A DNA stretch of 63,868 nucleotides, filler included, from Phoronis australis (Eukaryota; Animalia; Phoronida), in assembly GCA_002633005.1 (NCBI GenBank). It is 7 parts of 7 records of this genome, joined end to end, with 100 filler letters (N's around TTAATTAATTAA, not from the genome) between each part and the next. Parts side by side here need not be neighbours in the genome. Positions count along the whole stretch, not along the records: positions 62,851 to 63,868 come from NMRA01003949.1; 6 more parts are not named here. One strand, 5' to 3'. Every line of letters starts with the position of its first letter. Within the stretch, counting starts at the first letter, position 1. The notes under the pieces are model-generated. The model had not been told where the DNA came from, ran no database searches, and saw only the letters and a list, made by a program, of their open reading frames with translations. Below, in pieces: positions 63,732-63,868 of the stretch. The translations under genes and the position numbers were made by a program.

Positions 63732-63868
63732 GTAATGAGAACGCCCGTGTGGACTCTGAGTGTGGAAGGCTGGTAGTTCTGGTAATGAGAGCCACCGCGT
63801 GGACTCTGAGTGTGGAAGACTGGCAGTTCTGGTAATGAGAGCCACCGTGTGGACTCTGAGTGTGGAAG
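63732..63868. repeat. 50-bp minisatellite running off the window end
   Basis: gtaatgagagccaccgYgtggactctgagtgtggaagRctggYagttctg x ~2.7. Confidence 0.9.

Noticed and set aside
187-63845. Most ORFs in the supplied six-frame track
   Set aside because: Short, many with non-ATG starts, no recognisable motifs, and many antisense to real exons or inside repeats; expected noise in intronic eukaryotic DNA.

Overview
AT-rich, intron-rich genomic DNA from an animal, most likely a marine invertebrate; the taxon cannot be fixed from sequence alone. It is seven contigs joined by six artificial 100-bp N44-TTAATTAATTAA-N44 spacers, so order and distance across spacers are unproven. Three spliced protein-coding genes are partly present. 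(1) An immunoglobulin-superfamily gene on + with two phase-1 exons: a V-like domain lacking both canonical cysteines (2324-2689) and a C2-type domain (8193-8504), plus a dead partial copy of the V exon directly behind it. (2) The first two coding exons (PAS/eag domain) of an ether-a-go-go K+ channel (eag, KCNH1/5 type) at 18167-18245 and 38121-38351. These are separated by a ~19.9 kb intron and preceded by an in-frame 37-codon uORF. (3) The last eight exons of methylcrotonoyl-CoA carboxylase alpha (MCCC1) on - (53777-59985). The rest is transposon relics: an ISL2EU-type element (DDE + YqaJ + THAP), a Harbinger-type MADF pseudogene, a mariner, many MITEs (several with visible TSDs, some nested), an LTR-like segment, minisatellites and a 695-bp near-perfect tandem repeat. 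Most ORFs in the supplied track are spurious. I found no convincing new multi-gene system. The best leads are the Cys-less Ig V exon with its duplicated splice donor, a long-TIR element with mirror-image THAP starts, the eag uORF, the unexplained absence of further eag exons before MCCC1, and an apparent CpG-depletion switch. All alignments were done by eye.
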